From Deltaproteobacteria bacterium (lineage in GTDB: Bacteria; Myxococcota; Kuafuiibacteriia; Kuafuiibacteriales; Kuafuiibacteriaceae): a stretch of DNA of 64,000 nt. The translations under genes and the position numbers were made by a program. The stretch lies in assembly GCA_040218735.1 (NCBI GenBank), contig JAVJQW010000070.1, forward strand, positions 384,001 through 448,000, in the 5' to 3' direction. Below, one piece after another: positions 50,822-59,714 of this stretch (its first letter is position 1; every line of letters begins with the position of its first letter). The notes below the pieces were generated by a model, which made no database searches, had not been told where the DNA came from, and worked only from the letters and a program-made list of their open reading frames with translations.

Positions 50822-51307
50822 CTACGCGTGGAAGATCTGTGTGAACTCCGCTTCGACTTCTTCTTCGCCCATGTCGCGCGCGATGGAGAGCTCCTTCACG
50901 AGGAGCGACTTGGCCGTGTCGAGCATCTTGCGCTCGCCGAACGACAGGTCCTTGTCGTTCTTGAGCAGGTACAGGTCACGAAGGACCTCGGCGATCTGCT
51001 TCGGATCTCCGCTGTCGATCTTGTCCTTGTACTCGCGGTAGCGGCGGTTCCACGTGGTCGACTCGACGGAAATCTCCTTCTCTCGAAGGACGTCGAAGAC
51101 CTCGTCGACTTCGCCGGGGCTCATGATCTCTCGGAGCCCATTGGCACCCGTCGGGATCATCACCTTCACGCCGTTGTCGAGGATGCGCAGGATGTAAAAC
51201 GTCTGCTTGTCTCCTCCGACCTCGTGGCTTTCGATCCCCGTGACTTCCGCCACGCCGTGTGCCGGATAAACGGCTTTGTCACCAACCTGGAAAGGCAAAC
51301 TCTGCAT
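50822..51307 (-). CDS. cdnL: CarD-family RNA polymerase-binding factor (CdnL)
   Basis: FQVGDKAVYPAHGVAEV, VMIP....GLR, WNRRYR, AEVLRDL, LSFGERKML; 161 aa with no HMGA tail; GGAGG SD. Confidence 0.93.
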   Translation of the reverse strand: MQSLPFQVGDKAVYPAHGVAEVTGIESHEVGGDKQTFYILRILDNGVKVMIPTGANGLREIMSPGEVDEVFDVLREKEISVESTTWNRRYREYKDKIDSGDPKQIAEVLRDLYLLKNDKDLSFGERKMLDTAKSLLVKELSIARDMGEEEVEAEFTQIFHA

Positions 51308-51494
51308 TCAATGCCTCCGTGAACGCCGAGCCTGTGCAGGATGCATGAAAGCACCCCAAACGTACGGCTGACGTCCGAATCGAGCGGTGGGCCAACGCTC
51401 TGGAACTATTGCGAAAACTACGCTTTTTAGGGCGTCCCTTGCCTCGATAGCGTTCTTGGGATTCCGTGCTCGACATCACCCAAGAAGCGGCGGC

Positions 51495-51523
51495 ACCGTA
51501 ACACGCTGCGTTGGATCTGTAAA
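51495..51523 (-). promoter_or_regulatory. Sigma70-type promoter for cdnL
   Basis: Minus strand TTTACA-N17-TACGGT with extended TG. Confidence 0.65.
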
Positions 51524-51542
51524 GCAAATCGGGGGCAGCGAC

Positions 51543-51571
51543 TTGACACAGGATCGGACATTCGATAGGGT
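51543..51571 (+). promoter_or_regulatory. Sigma70-type promoter toward the TolC gene
   Basis: TTGACA-N17-TAGGGT followed by GC-rich CCGCGAC. Confidence 0.65.
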
Positions 51572-51725
51572 CCGCGACCTTTTGCGATTCACGCTTTAAG
51601 CGTCCGGAAACATTGGTGTTTTCCTGTCACCAGTTTCTTGCGGTTGCGGTGTGACATGCCAACATCAGCGGGTGGTGCCCCATCATCCAGCTGACCGACA
51701 GCGGCGCCAAGCGCCGTGTGGGTGG

Positions 51726-53186
51726 GTGACCGCGCGACATTCTGCCCTCGTCCCCGCCCTCCCCGGCGTGCTCGTCGCCCTGATCGGGATCCTGGACGCT
51801 CCGAGCGCCCTCGCCGATCCCGGCCCGGTGACGATCCGCCTCGAAGAGGCGTACCAGCGCGCCGAAGCCCGATCCCCCGAGGTTCGGATCCTGGCCGTGC
51901 GGGTGGAGGAGGCCGAGGTCCAGGTGAAGAAGGCTTGGGCGATCCTCAAGCCGCAGTGGACCGCGTCCTACACGTTCACGCACCTCGAGCCGGGGCCACC
52001 CGCGATCACGTTCCCCGAGCCGCTGAACTTCAACACACCCGCGATCCGGGACAACTGCGTCCAGGGCGCCAACTCGCAGATGCTGGACGGCTGCCTCGCG
52101 GGGCTCGTCGACGAGCTCAACCGTGTCGCCAACGCCCCGCCGCGACAGCTCGACTTCGCGCGACAGAACACCCACCAGTTCAGCACCCGCGTCGTCTGGA
52201 ATCCACTGAATGGAAGCGCGATTCCGATCCTGAAGAACGCCAACGCCAACGTGGAGCGCGAAGCGCAGCAGCGCTCGGCGCGGATCGCCGAGCTCCGGCT
52301 CGTCGTCGCCCGTACCTACTACGCGGCGCTCGCCACGCAGGAGGCGCTGCACGCCGCCGAGCGTGCGGAGGCCCGCGCGGCGGAGGAGCTCGCTCTGACA
52401 CAGGCGCGCGAGGAGCTCGGTGACCGTCCGCCGCTGCTCGCCGAGGGCATTCGCATCGCGGCGACGCAGGCGAGGATCGACACCCGCCGTGCGAAGAACG
52501 CCCACGCGCAGGCGCTGCTCGCGCTCGCGCTCGTGACCTTCTCCGACGACCGCCCCGACGTCGTGTGGCCCGACGCCCTCCCCGAGCGACCGCCCGGATC
52601 GGGCGAGGCGCTCCTCACGCGCGCGCGCCGTCGCCCCGACGTCGCGGCGGCGCTGACGACCGTGCAGATCGCGGAGCGCGCCGAGTCGGAGGTGTGGTGG
52701 CGGTTCGTCCCGACGGTCGGCGTGTTCGGGGGCTATCGACTGTCGAACGTCCCCGGGATCACGGGCCAGCGGGATCAGTGGTCGGTCGGTCTCGCGGCGA
52801 CGGTGACGCTCTACGACGGTGGGCTTCGCTACGCGGACCTCGACCTCGCGCGGAAGCGCCGCGAGAGCGCGCAGCTCGCGCTGGAGGCCATTCGGCTGCG
52901 CGCGGCCGCCGACGTCGAGCGGGCCGAGCTCGATCTGGAAGCCGCCGACCTCGCCTTCGATCGCGCCGAGCAGGCGGTCCGACTCGCACGCCAGAACCTG
53001 GAGCTGTCGCGAGCGCGCTTCGAAGTGGGCGCCCTACGCCCAGCGGAGCTGCAAGCCGCGAACGACGGCGTGCTCGACGCGGAGATCGCCGTCGCCCGGG
53101 CCCGCGCGGAACGCGCCCTCGCGATCCTCGGCATGCGGCACGCGGTGGGCCTCGACGCCTCAGGTGTCGGCGAAGACGTCGAGTGA
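51726..53186 (+). CDS. TolC-family outer-membrane efflux protein
   Basis: Signal peptide; LEEAY.RA...SP; VARTYY; RPDV.AA; two OEP repeats; LYDGG; RFEVG. Start approximate. Confidence 0.88.
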   Translation: MTARHSALVPALPGVLVALIGILDAPSALADPGPVTIRLEEAYQRAEARSPEVRILAVRVEEAEVQVKKAWAILKPQWTASYTFTHLEPGPPAITFPEPLNFNTPAIRDNCVQGANSQMLDGCLAGLVDELNRVANAPPRQLDFARQNTHQFSTRVVWNPLNGSAIPILKNANANVEREAQQRSARIAELRLVVARTYYAALATQEALHAAERAEARAAEELALTQAREELGDRPPLLAEGIRIAATQARIDTRRAKNAHAQALLALALVTFSDDRPDVVWPDALPERPPGSGEALLTRARRRPDVAAALTTVQIAERAESEVWWRFVPTVGVFGGYRLSNVPGITGQRDQWSVGLAATVTLYDGGLRYADLDLARKRRESAQLALEAIRLRAAADVERAELDLEAADLAFDRAEQAVRLARQNLELSRARFEVGALRPAELQAANDGVLDAEIAVARARAERALAILGMRHAVGLDASGVGEDVE

Positions 53187-53196
53187 CGAACCCGCG

Positions 53197-55539
53197 TCAG
53201 TAGAAGAACCAGCGCAGCCCGCCCACGAAGGTCAGGTCGCCGATCGTCTCGCGGAACGCGAGCTCCTTCAGCGCGAGCTTGCCGTAGTTGCCTTCCGCGA
53301 ACGCCTCGAAGTTCCCCGCGCCGAAGCCGATGCCGAGGATGCCGTTCACGCCGAACTGCACCTGGTCGAGGCCGAGGGACTCCGCGGTCACGCCCGAGAC
53401 GCTCACGAGCCGCGCGCCCACCGCGATGCCGCCGTAGGGCCGCACCGGCCCCAGCACGAACGCCACCGTCACGCGCCCGTAGAGCGGGATGACCGTCAGG
53501 TCCGCGACCTCGGCGTCGCCGTTGAAGAGCTGCGTCGGCATGAACGCCGCCTGGGCGCCCATCGTCACGCGCAGCCGATCCATCGAGAGCGCCGCGAAGC
53601 CCGCCTCGAGCGAGAACCACGGCGACACCGACGGGTTCTTGCGCAGCTGCACACCGCCCATCGCGCCGACGTACGGCCCGAAGCGAAGCGTCGGGACCTC
53701 GTCGGCCGGGCGCGTCCACACTGGCAACTTCACGATCGCGGAAGCCCGCGCCGTCGGGAAGACAAACGCCAGCGACTCGTCCACCACGTTGGCGTCCACG
53801 GGGTGCACGCGCGTGATGCGGTAACGGCCGACCCCGACGAGTGACATCGGCAGCTCGTCCGCGAACGGCGGGTCCGTGTACGTCGCGACCTTCACCTTGT
53901 CGCCTTCGTTCGAGATCTCGGGCGCCCCCTCGAGCATTCCCTCGCCGCGCACGAACACCACCGGGCGCGGCTCCTCGAGCGGCGTCCCGTCCAGCGTCGT
54001 CACGGTCACCTCGACCGAGGTCTCCACGAAGTCCTCGCGTTTCGTCGGCCCGTCGATGCGATCGATCTGAATCGCGACCGCCGACAGCCGGAACTTCCAG
54101 GACCGCGTCAGGACCCGCTTGCCGTCCGCCCCCACGATCTCCAGGCCGAGCACATCACCACCGGACACGGGCACCGAGCTGCCCTCGACGCGCTCACCGT
54201 TCTTCGTCCAGCGCACGTCCACGCCGCCGACCAACGGCAGCGACACCGACGTCGGCCGCGACATCGGCAACGACGCGCCGTCCACGGGCAGCGCCGCGCC
54301 GCTCGCGTCGGTCGGCGCCTTCATCACGATCACGTGCTGCTGCCCGCTCGGCTGACCGAGGATCTCGCGCTCGTCGAACGTGCTCACGCGCGCGCGGTAG
54401 GCCCCCTCGCCGATGCCCTCCAGCGTCAGCGCGTTCGCCTCGGTGTACTCCATACGCGAAGGCCGCTCGAACTCCGCGTCGGCGTGTTTCGTCACGTCGA
54501 CCATCGCGCCGTTCGCGCCCGTCGCCGGCTTCCACGCCAGCTTCACGGGCTCGCCGCGCCACACCAGCACCGGCGCGTCGGGATCCCAGGTCGGCCCCGG
54601 CATCAGCGGCGTCGGCTCCTCGGGTGCCTCGCCGTTCTTCACGCGCGTGCCGTAACCCCGGTCCACCTCGACCGTCTGGCCCTGCGCCGCGATCTCCGCC
54701 TTGCCGTCGTACACCGAGTACGTCGAGCGCTTCTTCTCTTCGTTGTGCTCGACGCGCACGCCGCCCTTCGTCTCGACCCACGCGTTCGCCGCCGGCGTCT
54801 CGACGAGCACCGGCGTGCCCTCCTTCTTCTTGAGCCGCGCGAAGATCGCGCCCTCCTCGAGCGTCACGTCCCGCGTCCGCGGCCGCTGGTTCACCTGCGA
54901 CTGCGTCCGCCCGTAGATCACCACGAGCGCCTCCGGCCCGAGGTAGATGCGGTGCCCGGAGGTGAAGGTGACCTCACCCGCCGACTGGCCGACCGTGCGC
55001 ACGCGGAACAGGCGATCGAGCGCCTGCCGCAGCTCCGCCGCGTCCCACTCCGTCTTCGGCTTCTTCGATTCGACCGTCTGGAAGATCCAGCTCACCCACG
55101 CCAGCGGGTTCCGCACGCCGACCCACAGCTCGACGCGCCGGTTCATCTGATCGGCCTGGTCCGTCTTGTCGAGCGAGAGCGGCTCCGCAAAGCCGGCGCC
55201 GATCGTCGTCATGCGCGCCGCCGGGACGCCGCGCTTCACGAGCGCGCCCTTCACGACCTCCGCACGTTTGCGCGACAGCTTCCGATTCAACGCCGCGCTG
55301 CCGTGCCGGTCCGTGTGACCGACGATCAACAAACGCTCCGTCCCCCGACGCTCGAGCGTCTTCACGACGCGGTCCATGATGCGCTCGGACTCGGGCGTCA
55401 TCGCGCTGCTCCCGGACACAAATCGGACGACGCCGTCCGCGAGGCGCGATAGGTCCTCGTCGTCCTGGGCGAAAGCCGGTGAACTCCACGCCAGCGCGAG
55501 TGCCGTCACCCACGCCGCTCGTCGACTGTAGCTACCCAT
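53197..55539 (-). CDS. OmpA-like peptidoglycan-binding + FecR + FN3-like + C-terminal beta-barrel protein (780 aa)
   Basis: Signal peptide ending AFA; OmpA-C motif GHTD...N..LS.KRA...NRRVE; FecR-like LEEGAIF, VETPAA, SVYDG; amphipathic strands ending GGLRWFFY. Confidence 0.82.
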   Translation of the reverse strand: MGSYSRRAAWVTALALAWSSPAFAQDDEDLSRLADGVVRFVSGSSAMTPESERIMDRVVKTLERRGTERLLIVGHTDRHGSAALNRKLSRKRAEVVKGALVKRGVPAARMTTIGAGFAEPLSLDKTDQADQMNRRVELWVGVRNPLAWVSWIFQTVESKKPKTEWDAAELRQALDRLFRVRTVGQSAGEVTFTSGHRIYLGPEALVVIYGRTQSQVNQRPRTRDVTLEEGAIFARLKKKEGTPVLVETPAANAWVETKGGVRVEHNEEKKRSTYSVYDGKAEIAAQGQTVEVDRGYGTRVKNGEAPEEPTPLMPGPTWDPDAPVLVWRGEPVKLAWKPATGANGAMVDVTKHADAEFERPSRMEYTEANALTLEGIGEGAYRARVSTFDEREILGQPSGQQHVIVMKAPTDASGAALPVDGASLPMSRPTSVSLPLVGGVDVRWTKNGERVEGSSVPVSGGDVLGLEIVGADGKRVLTRSWKFRLSAVAIQIDRIDGPTKREDFVETSVEVTVTTLDGTPLEEPRPVVFVRGEGMLEGAPEISNEGDKVKVATYTDPPFADELPMSLVGVGRYRITRVHPVDANVVDESLAFVFPTARASAIVKLPVWTRPADEVPTLRFGPYVGAMGGVQLRKNPSVSPWFSLEAGFAALSMDRLRVTMGAQAAFMPTQLFNGDAEVADLTVIPLYGRVTVAFVLGPVRPYGGIAVGARLVSVSGVTAESLGLDQVQFGVNGILGIGFGAGNFEAFAEGNYGKLALKELAFRETIGDLTFVGGLRWFFY

Positions 55540-57257
55540 CAGCTCGCCCCCTCCATCCCACTGACGTCGCGTGCATTCAACACAAAGACTCGCTGGGCCG
55601 CCGTCGTCTGGCTCGCCCGCTCCGAAATCGGGACATCCGCCGCCAGCAGCCCGCGCGTCGCCGGGTCCATGACCACCGTCCCGGGCGCCGCCTCGCGCTC
55701 CAGCGCAGCCGCCCGCTCGACCAGGTCGCCCGCGACCGAAATCTCCTGCTGAGACTCCGGCGCCGCCGACAGGATGCCCTCCCCCGAGACCAACCCCACT
55801 GACGCCGCCAGGACCGCTTGGTACCGCGCGGCGATGGCCTCGGCGTCGCGCGCGACGGCCAGCGCGGCGTCCAGCGCCGCCCGCGCCCGCCCCGGCTCGT
55901 CCGGGCCGAGGAACACGCCGATCACCGCGTCGCCCGAGTACCGGTCGATCCGCCCGCCGTACCGTTCGATCGAGGCGCACGCGGCCGCGAAGAAGTCCGA
56001 CAGCATCGTCAGCAAGTGCGCCTGCGCGACGAGGTCGACGAGCGGTTCAGCCCCCTTCAGGTCCGCATACACGACGCTCACCACGGCGCGCTCGCCCCGC
56101 TCGGAGGTCAGCTCCGCCGCGAACACCTCGTGCAGCGCGCTCGGCGGCAGGTAGCGGCTCAGGCGGAGCCGCAGGTTCGTCGTCGCCCGCTCCTCGTCCC
56201 GGTGACGCGCGAGCTCGCCGAGCACCTCGTTGAAGGCGTCCGCGAGCTGACCGACCTCTCGGTATCCCGTCGCTCGGATCGGATCGAAGAACCCGCGCTG
56301 CGCCGACGCCCGCACCGCGAGCGCGAGCCGGCGGACGGGCTCGCTGAGGAACCGCGCCAACAACAGCCCGACCAACCCCGCCGCGAGCGCCGCGACGATC
56401 GCGAGCGCGAGGACCCGTTTCTTCACCGCGCCGATCGACGCCAACGCGATCGCCTCCGGACGCGACGTCCCCACGACCCACCCGACCGTCGGCGCCGACA
56501 GCACCGTCCCGAGCCGGACCGCCCCGTCGGCGTCGGCGTACCGCATGGACCGCCCCAGCTCGACGGTCGTCAGCCCGTCCGGCGCCCCGAACCCTTCGAT
56601 GCGCGCGAACGGCGAGTGCGCGTCGAGGATCCGGTGGACCCGCTCCGCGTTCGACGCCGCGAGGCACCGACGCTCGCCGTCGACGAGCACGACTTCACCC
56701 TCCTCGAGGTGACGCGCGACGAGCGCCTCCGCGATGGCGTCGAGCGTCGTCAGATCGAACTGGGTCACGAGGTACCCCATCGTGTCGCCGTCGCGTGCCC
56801 AACGCACCGCGAGGCGCACCGTGCGGCCCTCCTGGATGGGCCCCACCGCGAGCCCCTTCGCCGCGCGCTGCCGGGTCGCGAGCGCAAGATCGCTCCGGTC
56901 GACCTCCGCCGCGTCCGTCGACAGCACGGTGTCCACCTTGCCCTCCGGCCCGTGCACGGCGAGGTACGGGAGCTTCCGGCTCGCGACGAGCGCGCGCAGC
57001 ATCGTGGTGCGCGCCGCGAACGGGACCTCGTCGCTGTCGAGGATGCGCTCGGCCTGGTCGAGCACGAACTGCCGTTCGTCGAACGCTCGCACCAGCTCGG
57101 TGCGCATCTGCTCCGCGACGGCGAGGTGAAGCTGCTCGGCGTCCAGCGTGAGCGCCTCGCGGTTCACCGCCATGACGACGAACCCCAGGACCAGCGCGGG
57201 CAGCACAGCGACCACGAGGTGCGATCCGATCGTGCGGTACAGGAGCCTCGTCTTCAT
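55539..57257 (-). CDS. TM-sensor(Cache-like)-TM-HAMP-class III nucleotidyl cyclase homologue, catalytically degenerate
   Basis: Two TM helices; HAMP (SEPVRRL...EVGQLADAFN); LSRYLP; VYADLKG; IDRYSGDAV; GDLVERAAALE in place of GDxVNxAxRLE. Confidence 0.85.
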   Translation of the reverse strand: MKTRLLYRTIGSHLVVAVLPALVLGFVVMAVNREALTLDAEQLHLAVAEQMRTELVRAFDERQFVLDQAERILDSDEVPFAARTTMLRALVASRKLPYLAVHGPEGKVDTVLSTDAAEVDRSDLALATRQRAAKGLAVGPIQEGRTVRLAVRWARDGDTMGYLVTQFDLTTLDAIAEALVARHLEEGEVVLVDGERRCLAASNAERVHRILDAHSPFARIEGFGAPDGLTTVELGRSMRYADADGAVRLGTVLSAPTVGWVVGTSRPEAIALASIGAVKKRVLALAIVAALAAGLVGLLLARFLSEPVRRLALAVRASAQRGFFDPIRATGYREVGQLADAFNEVLGELARHRDEERATTNLRLRLSRYLPPSALHEVFAAELTSERGERAVVSVVYADLKGAEPLVDLVAQAHLLTMLSDFFAAACASIERYGGRIDRYSGDAVIGVFLGPDEPGRARAALDAALAVARDAEAIAARYQAVLAASVGLVSGEGILSAAPESQQEISVAGDLVERAAALEREAAPGTVVMDPATRGLLAADVPISERASQTTAAQRVFVLNARDVSGMEGAS

Positions 57258-58336
57258 GTGGCGCTGAAGGCGTACCAGGCGGCGAGCCCGAGCCCCGCGG
57301 CGAACGCTACCACGAGCGCGAGCCACACGACGGGACCCAGGTCGCGGTCCGTACGTGTGCTGCCGAGGTCCGTCGAACGTCCGACGTCGTCCGTCAGACC
57401 CGCCGCCTTGTCGAGCGCGAGGCGGGCGGCGCGCGCGCGCGCCCAGTCGATCCGCCGGGCGGCGATCTGCGCGGTGTCGACGACCTGCTCGCCCCCGGTG
57501 GGCGCGTCGGCAAAGCGGCCGAGGAGGAACGCCTCCACCGCCGCTCCGAGCTCCAACGCCGACTGGAACCGGTGCGACGGCTCCGACGCGAGCGCCTTGT
57601 CGACGATCTGCCTGAGCGCCTTCTCTCGGCGCTCGTCGAGCCCGAAGTCCCAGTGGTCGAACGTCAACGGCTCGTGTGGGCGCGTCGCGATCGAGAACAT
57701 CACGTGCGCCGCGGTGTCGCCGCTCCACGGGAAGCGGTTCGACAGCATCCGGTACAACACGACGCCCAACGCAAACACGTCGGAGCGCGCGTCGACGGTG
57801 CCGGAGGAGAGCTGCTCGGGTGACATGTAGTGCGGCGTCCCCATCAACATGCCGGTCTGCGTGAGGCGGTGGTCGCGCAACAGCGCGATGCCGAAGTCGA
57901 GGAGCCGTACGCCACCGTCCTTCGTGATGAAGACGTTCGACGGCTTCACGTCGCGGTGCACGAGGTTGTGCCCGTGGACGTGGTGCAGCGCCGCCGCGAC
58001 GCGCACGACGACCGAGAGCCGCGCCTCGAGATCGAACGACGCGTCGTGCATGACCTGCTCGAGCTCGAAGCCCCGCAGCAGGTCCATCGTCATCCACGCG
58101 CGCCCGGCTTCGACGCCGTGGTCGCGGACGTGGACGATGTCGGGGTGGTCGAGCTTCTCGCCGACGTCGGCCTCGCGCAGGAACCGTTCGAACAGAGAGG
58201 GGTCGGCGGTGCGTTCCAGCACCTTCAGCGCGAAGCGTTCGCCGTTGTCGTCCTCGGCGAGGTACACGACGCCCATGCCGCCGCGGCCGAGCTCCGAGAG
58301 GACGCGGTAGCGCCCGTATCGCGCGCCCTCGCTCAA
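57254..58336 (-). CDS. Ser/Thr protein kinase with C-terminal membrane anchor
   Basis: LGRGGMGVVY, ALKVL, HRDVKPSN, DFG, GTPHYMSPEQ, DVFALG; terminal TM helix; TTG start 4 nt after the PMM stop. Confidence 0.93.
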   Translation of the reverse strand: MSEGARYGRYRVLSELGRGGMGVVYLAEDDNGERFALKVLERTADPSLFERFLREADVGEKLDHPDIVHVRDHGVEAGRAWMTMDLLRGFELEQVMHDASFDLEARLSVVVRVAAALHHVHGHNLVHRDVKPSNVFITKDGGVRLLDFGIALLRDHRLTQTGMLMGTPHYMSPEQLSSGTVDARSDVFALGVVLYRMLSNRFPWSGDTAAHVMFSIATRPHEPLTFDHWDFGLDERREKALRQIVDKALASEPSHRFQSALELGAAVEAFLLGRFADAPTGGEQVVDTAQIAARRIDWARARAARLALDKAAGLTDDVGRSTDLGSTRTDRDLGPVVWLALVVAFAAGLGLAAWYAFSAT

Positions 58337-58340
58337 CGCG

Positions 58341-59714
58341 CTACTCGAGCGTGGCGCGCACCTTCGCGAGCTCACCTTCGACGTAGCCGCGAATCTCGGC
58401 GAGGCGCGCCTCGGTGTCGGCCTCGAAGCGCAGCACGAGGATCGGCTGCGTGTTCGAGGAGCGGATGAGCCCCCAGCCGTCGTCGAACAGGACCCGCACG
58501 CCGTCGATGTCGATCACGTCGTGCGACTTCTTGAAGTGCTCCGTCACCGCGGACACCAGCCGGAACTTCAGCGACTCCGGGCAGTCCACGCGCAGCTCGG
58601 GCGTGGTGTACGTCTTCGGGACGTCCGCCAACAGCTCGCTCAGCGGCGCCGTGGTGCGCGAGAGGATCTCGAGCAGACGCAGCCCCGAGTAGATGCCGTC
58701 GTCGAACCCGAAGAAGCGGTGCTTGAAGAAGATGTGCCCGCTCATCTCGCCCGCGAGCTCGGCGCCGGTCTCCTTCATCTTGTCCTTGATGAGGCTGTGC
58801 CCGGTTCGCCACATGATCCCGTTGCCGCCGTGTTTTTCGATGTCGTCGTACAGCGTCTTGCTGCACTTGACCTCGCCGACGATCGTCGCGCCCGGCACCT
58901 CCGCGAGCACCGCGCGCGAGAACAGGATCATCATCTGGTCGCCCCACAGGACGGTGCCCTGCTCGTCGACCGCTCCCAGGCGATCGGCGTCGCCGTCGAA
59001 CGCGATGCCGACGTCCGCCTTCCCGTCGAGCACGGCCTTCTTGAGGTCTTCGAGGTTCTTCTCGACGGTCGGATCCGGGTGGTGGTTCGGGAACGTCGAG
59101 TCCATGTCGCAGTACAGCGGCACGACCTCGACCCCGAGCTTCTCGAGGATCGGCACCACGAACGGCCCCGCCGTCCCGTTGCCCGCGTCCGCGACGACCT
59201 TCAGCTTCCGGTCACCGAGCTGAATGTTGTTCACGCACCAGTCGATGTAGTCCGGCGCGACGTCCTGCTCGCTCGACGTCCCGGTGCGCCCGGCGTCGCC
59301 GTAGTCGTTCGACTCGATGATCTTCCGGAACGCCTGCACGTCCGGGCCGTGCACGCTGCGCGTCCCGATCGAGATCTTCAGCCCGTTGTACTCGGGCGGG
59401 TTGTGCGAGCCGGTGATCATGATCCCGCCGTCCGCCTTCAGGTGGAACAGCGAGAAATAGAGGATCGGCGATGTGCACGTCCCGATGTCGACGACGTCCA
59501 CGCCGCCGGCGTTCAGCCCCGCGATCAGCCGCTTCGCGAGGCGCGGCGAGTGCTCGCGGCAGTCGCGCCCGACGGTGATCTTGCGAACGCCTTGCTCGCG
59601 CGTGAACGCGGCGTAGGCGCGGCCGATCTTCTCGACGGCGTCCTCGGTGAGCTGCTCGTCGACGAGCCCGCGAATGTCGTACTCGCGAAAGATGGTCGGA
59701 TCGACTCCGGTCAT
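58341..59714 (-). CDS. algC: Phosphomannomutase/phosphoglucomutase (AlgC-like)
   Basis: IFREYDIRG, ITGSHNP, FPNHHPDP, FDGDADR, GEMSGH, RSSNTQP. Confidence 0.95.
   Translation of the reverse strand: MTGVDPTIFREYDIRGLVDEQLTEDAVEKIGRAYAAFTREQGVRKITVGRDCREHSPRLAKRLIAGLNAGGVDVVDIGTCTSPILYFSLFHLKADGGIMITGSHNPPEYNGLKISIGTRSVHGPDVQAFRKIIESNDYGDAGRTGTSSEQDVAPDYIDWCVNNIQLGDRKLKVVADAGNGTAGPFVVPILEKLGVEVVPLYCDMDSTFPNHHPDPTVEKNLEDLKKAVLDGKADVGIAFDGDADRLGAVDEQGTVLWGDQMMILFSRAVLAEVPGATIVGEVKCSKTLYDDIEKHGGNGIMWRTGHSLIKDKMKETGAELAGEMSGHIFFKHRFFGFDDGIYSGLRLLEILSRTTAPLSELLADVPKTYTTPELRVDCPESLKFRLVSAVTEHFKKSHDVIDIDGVRVLFDDGWGLIRSSNTQPILVLRFEADTEARLAEIRGYVEGELAKVRATLE

Noticed and set aside
51572-51700. tRNA downstream of a stable-RNA-like promoter
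   Set aside because: No cloverleaf, T-loop GTTCRA or CCA end was found. Kept only as a possible leader or sRNA.
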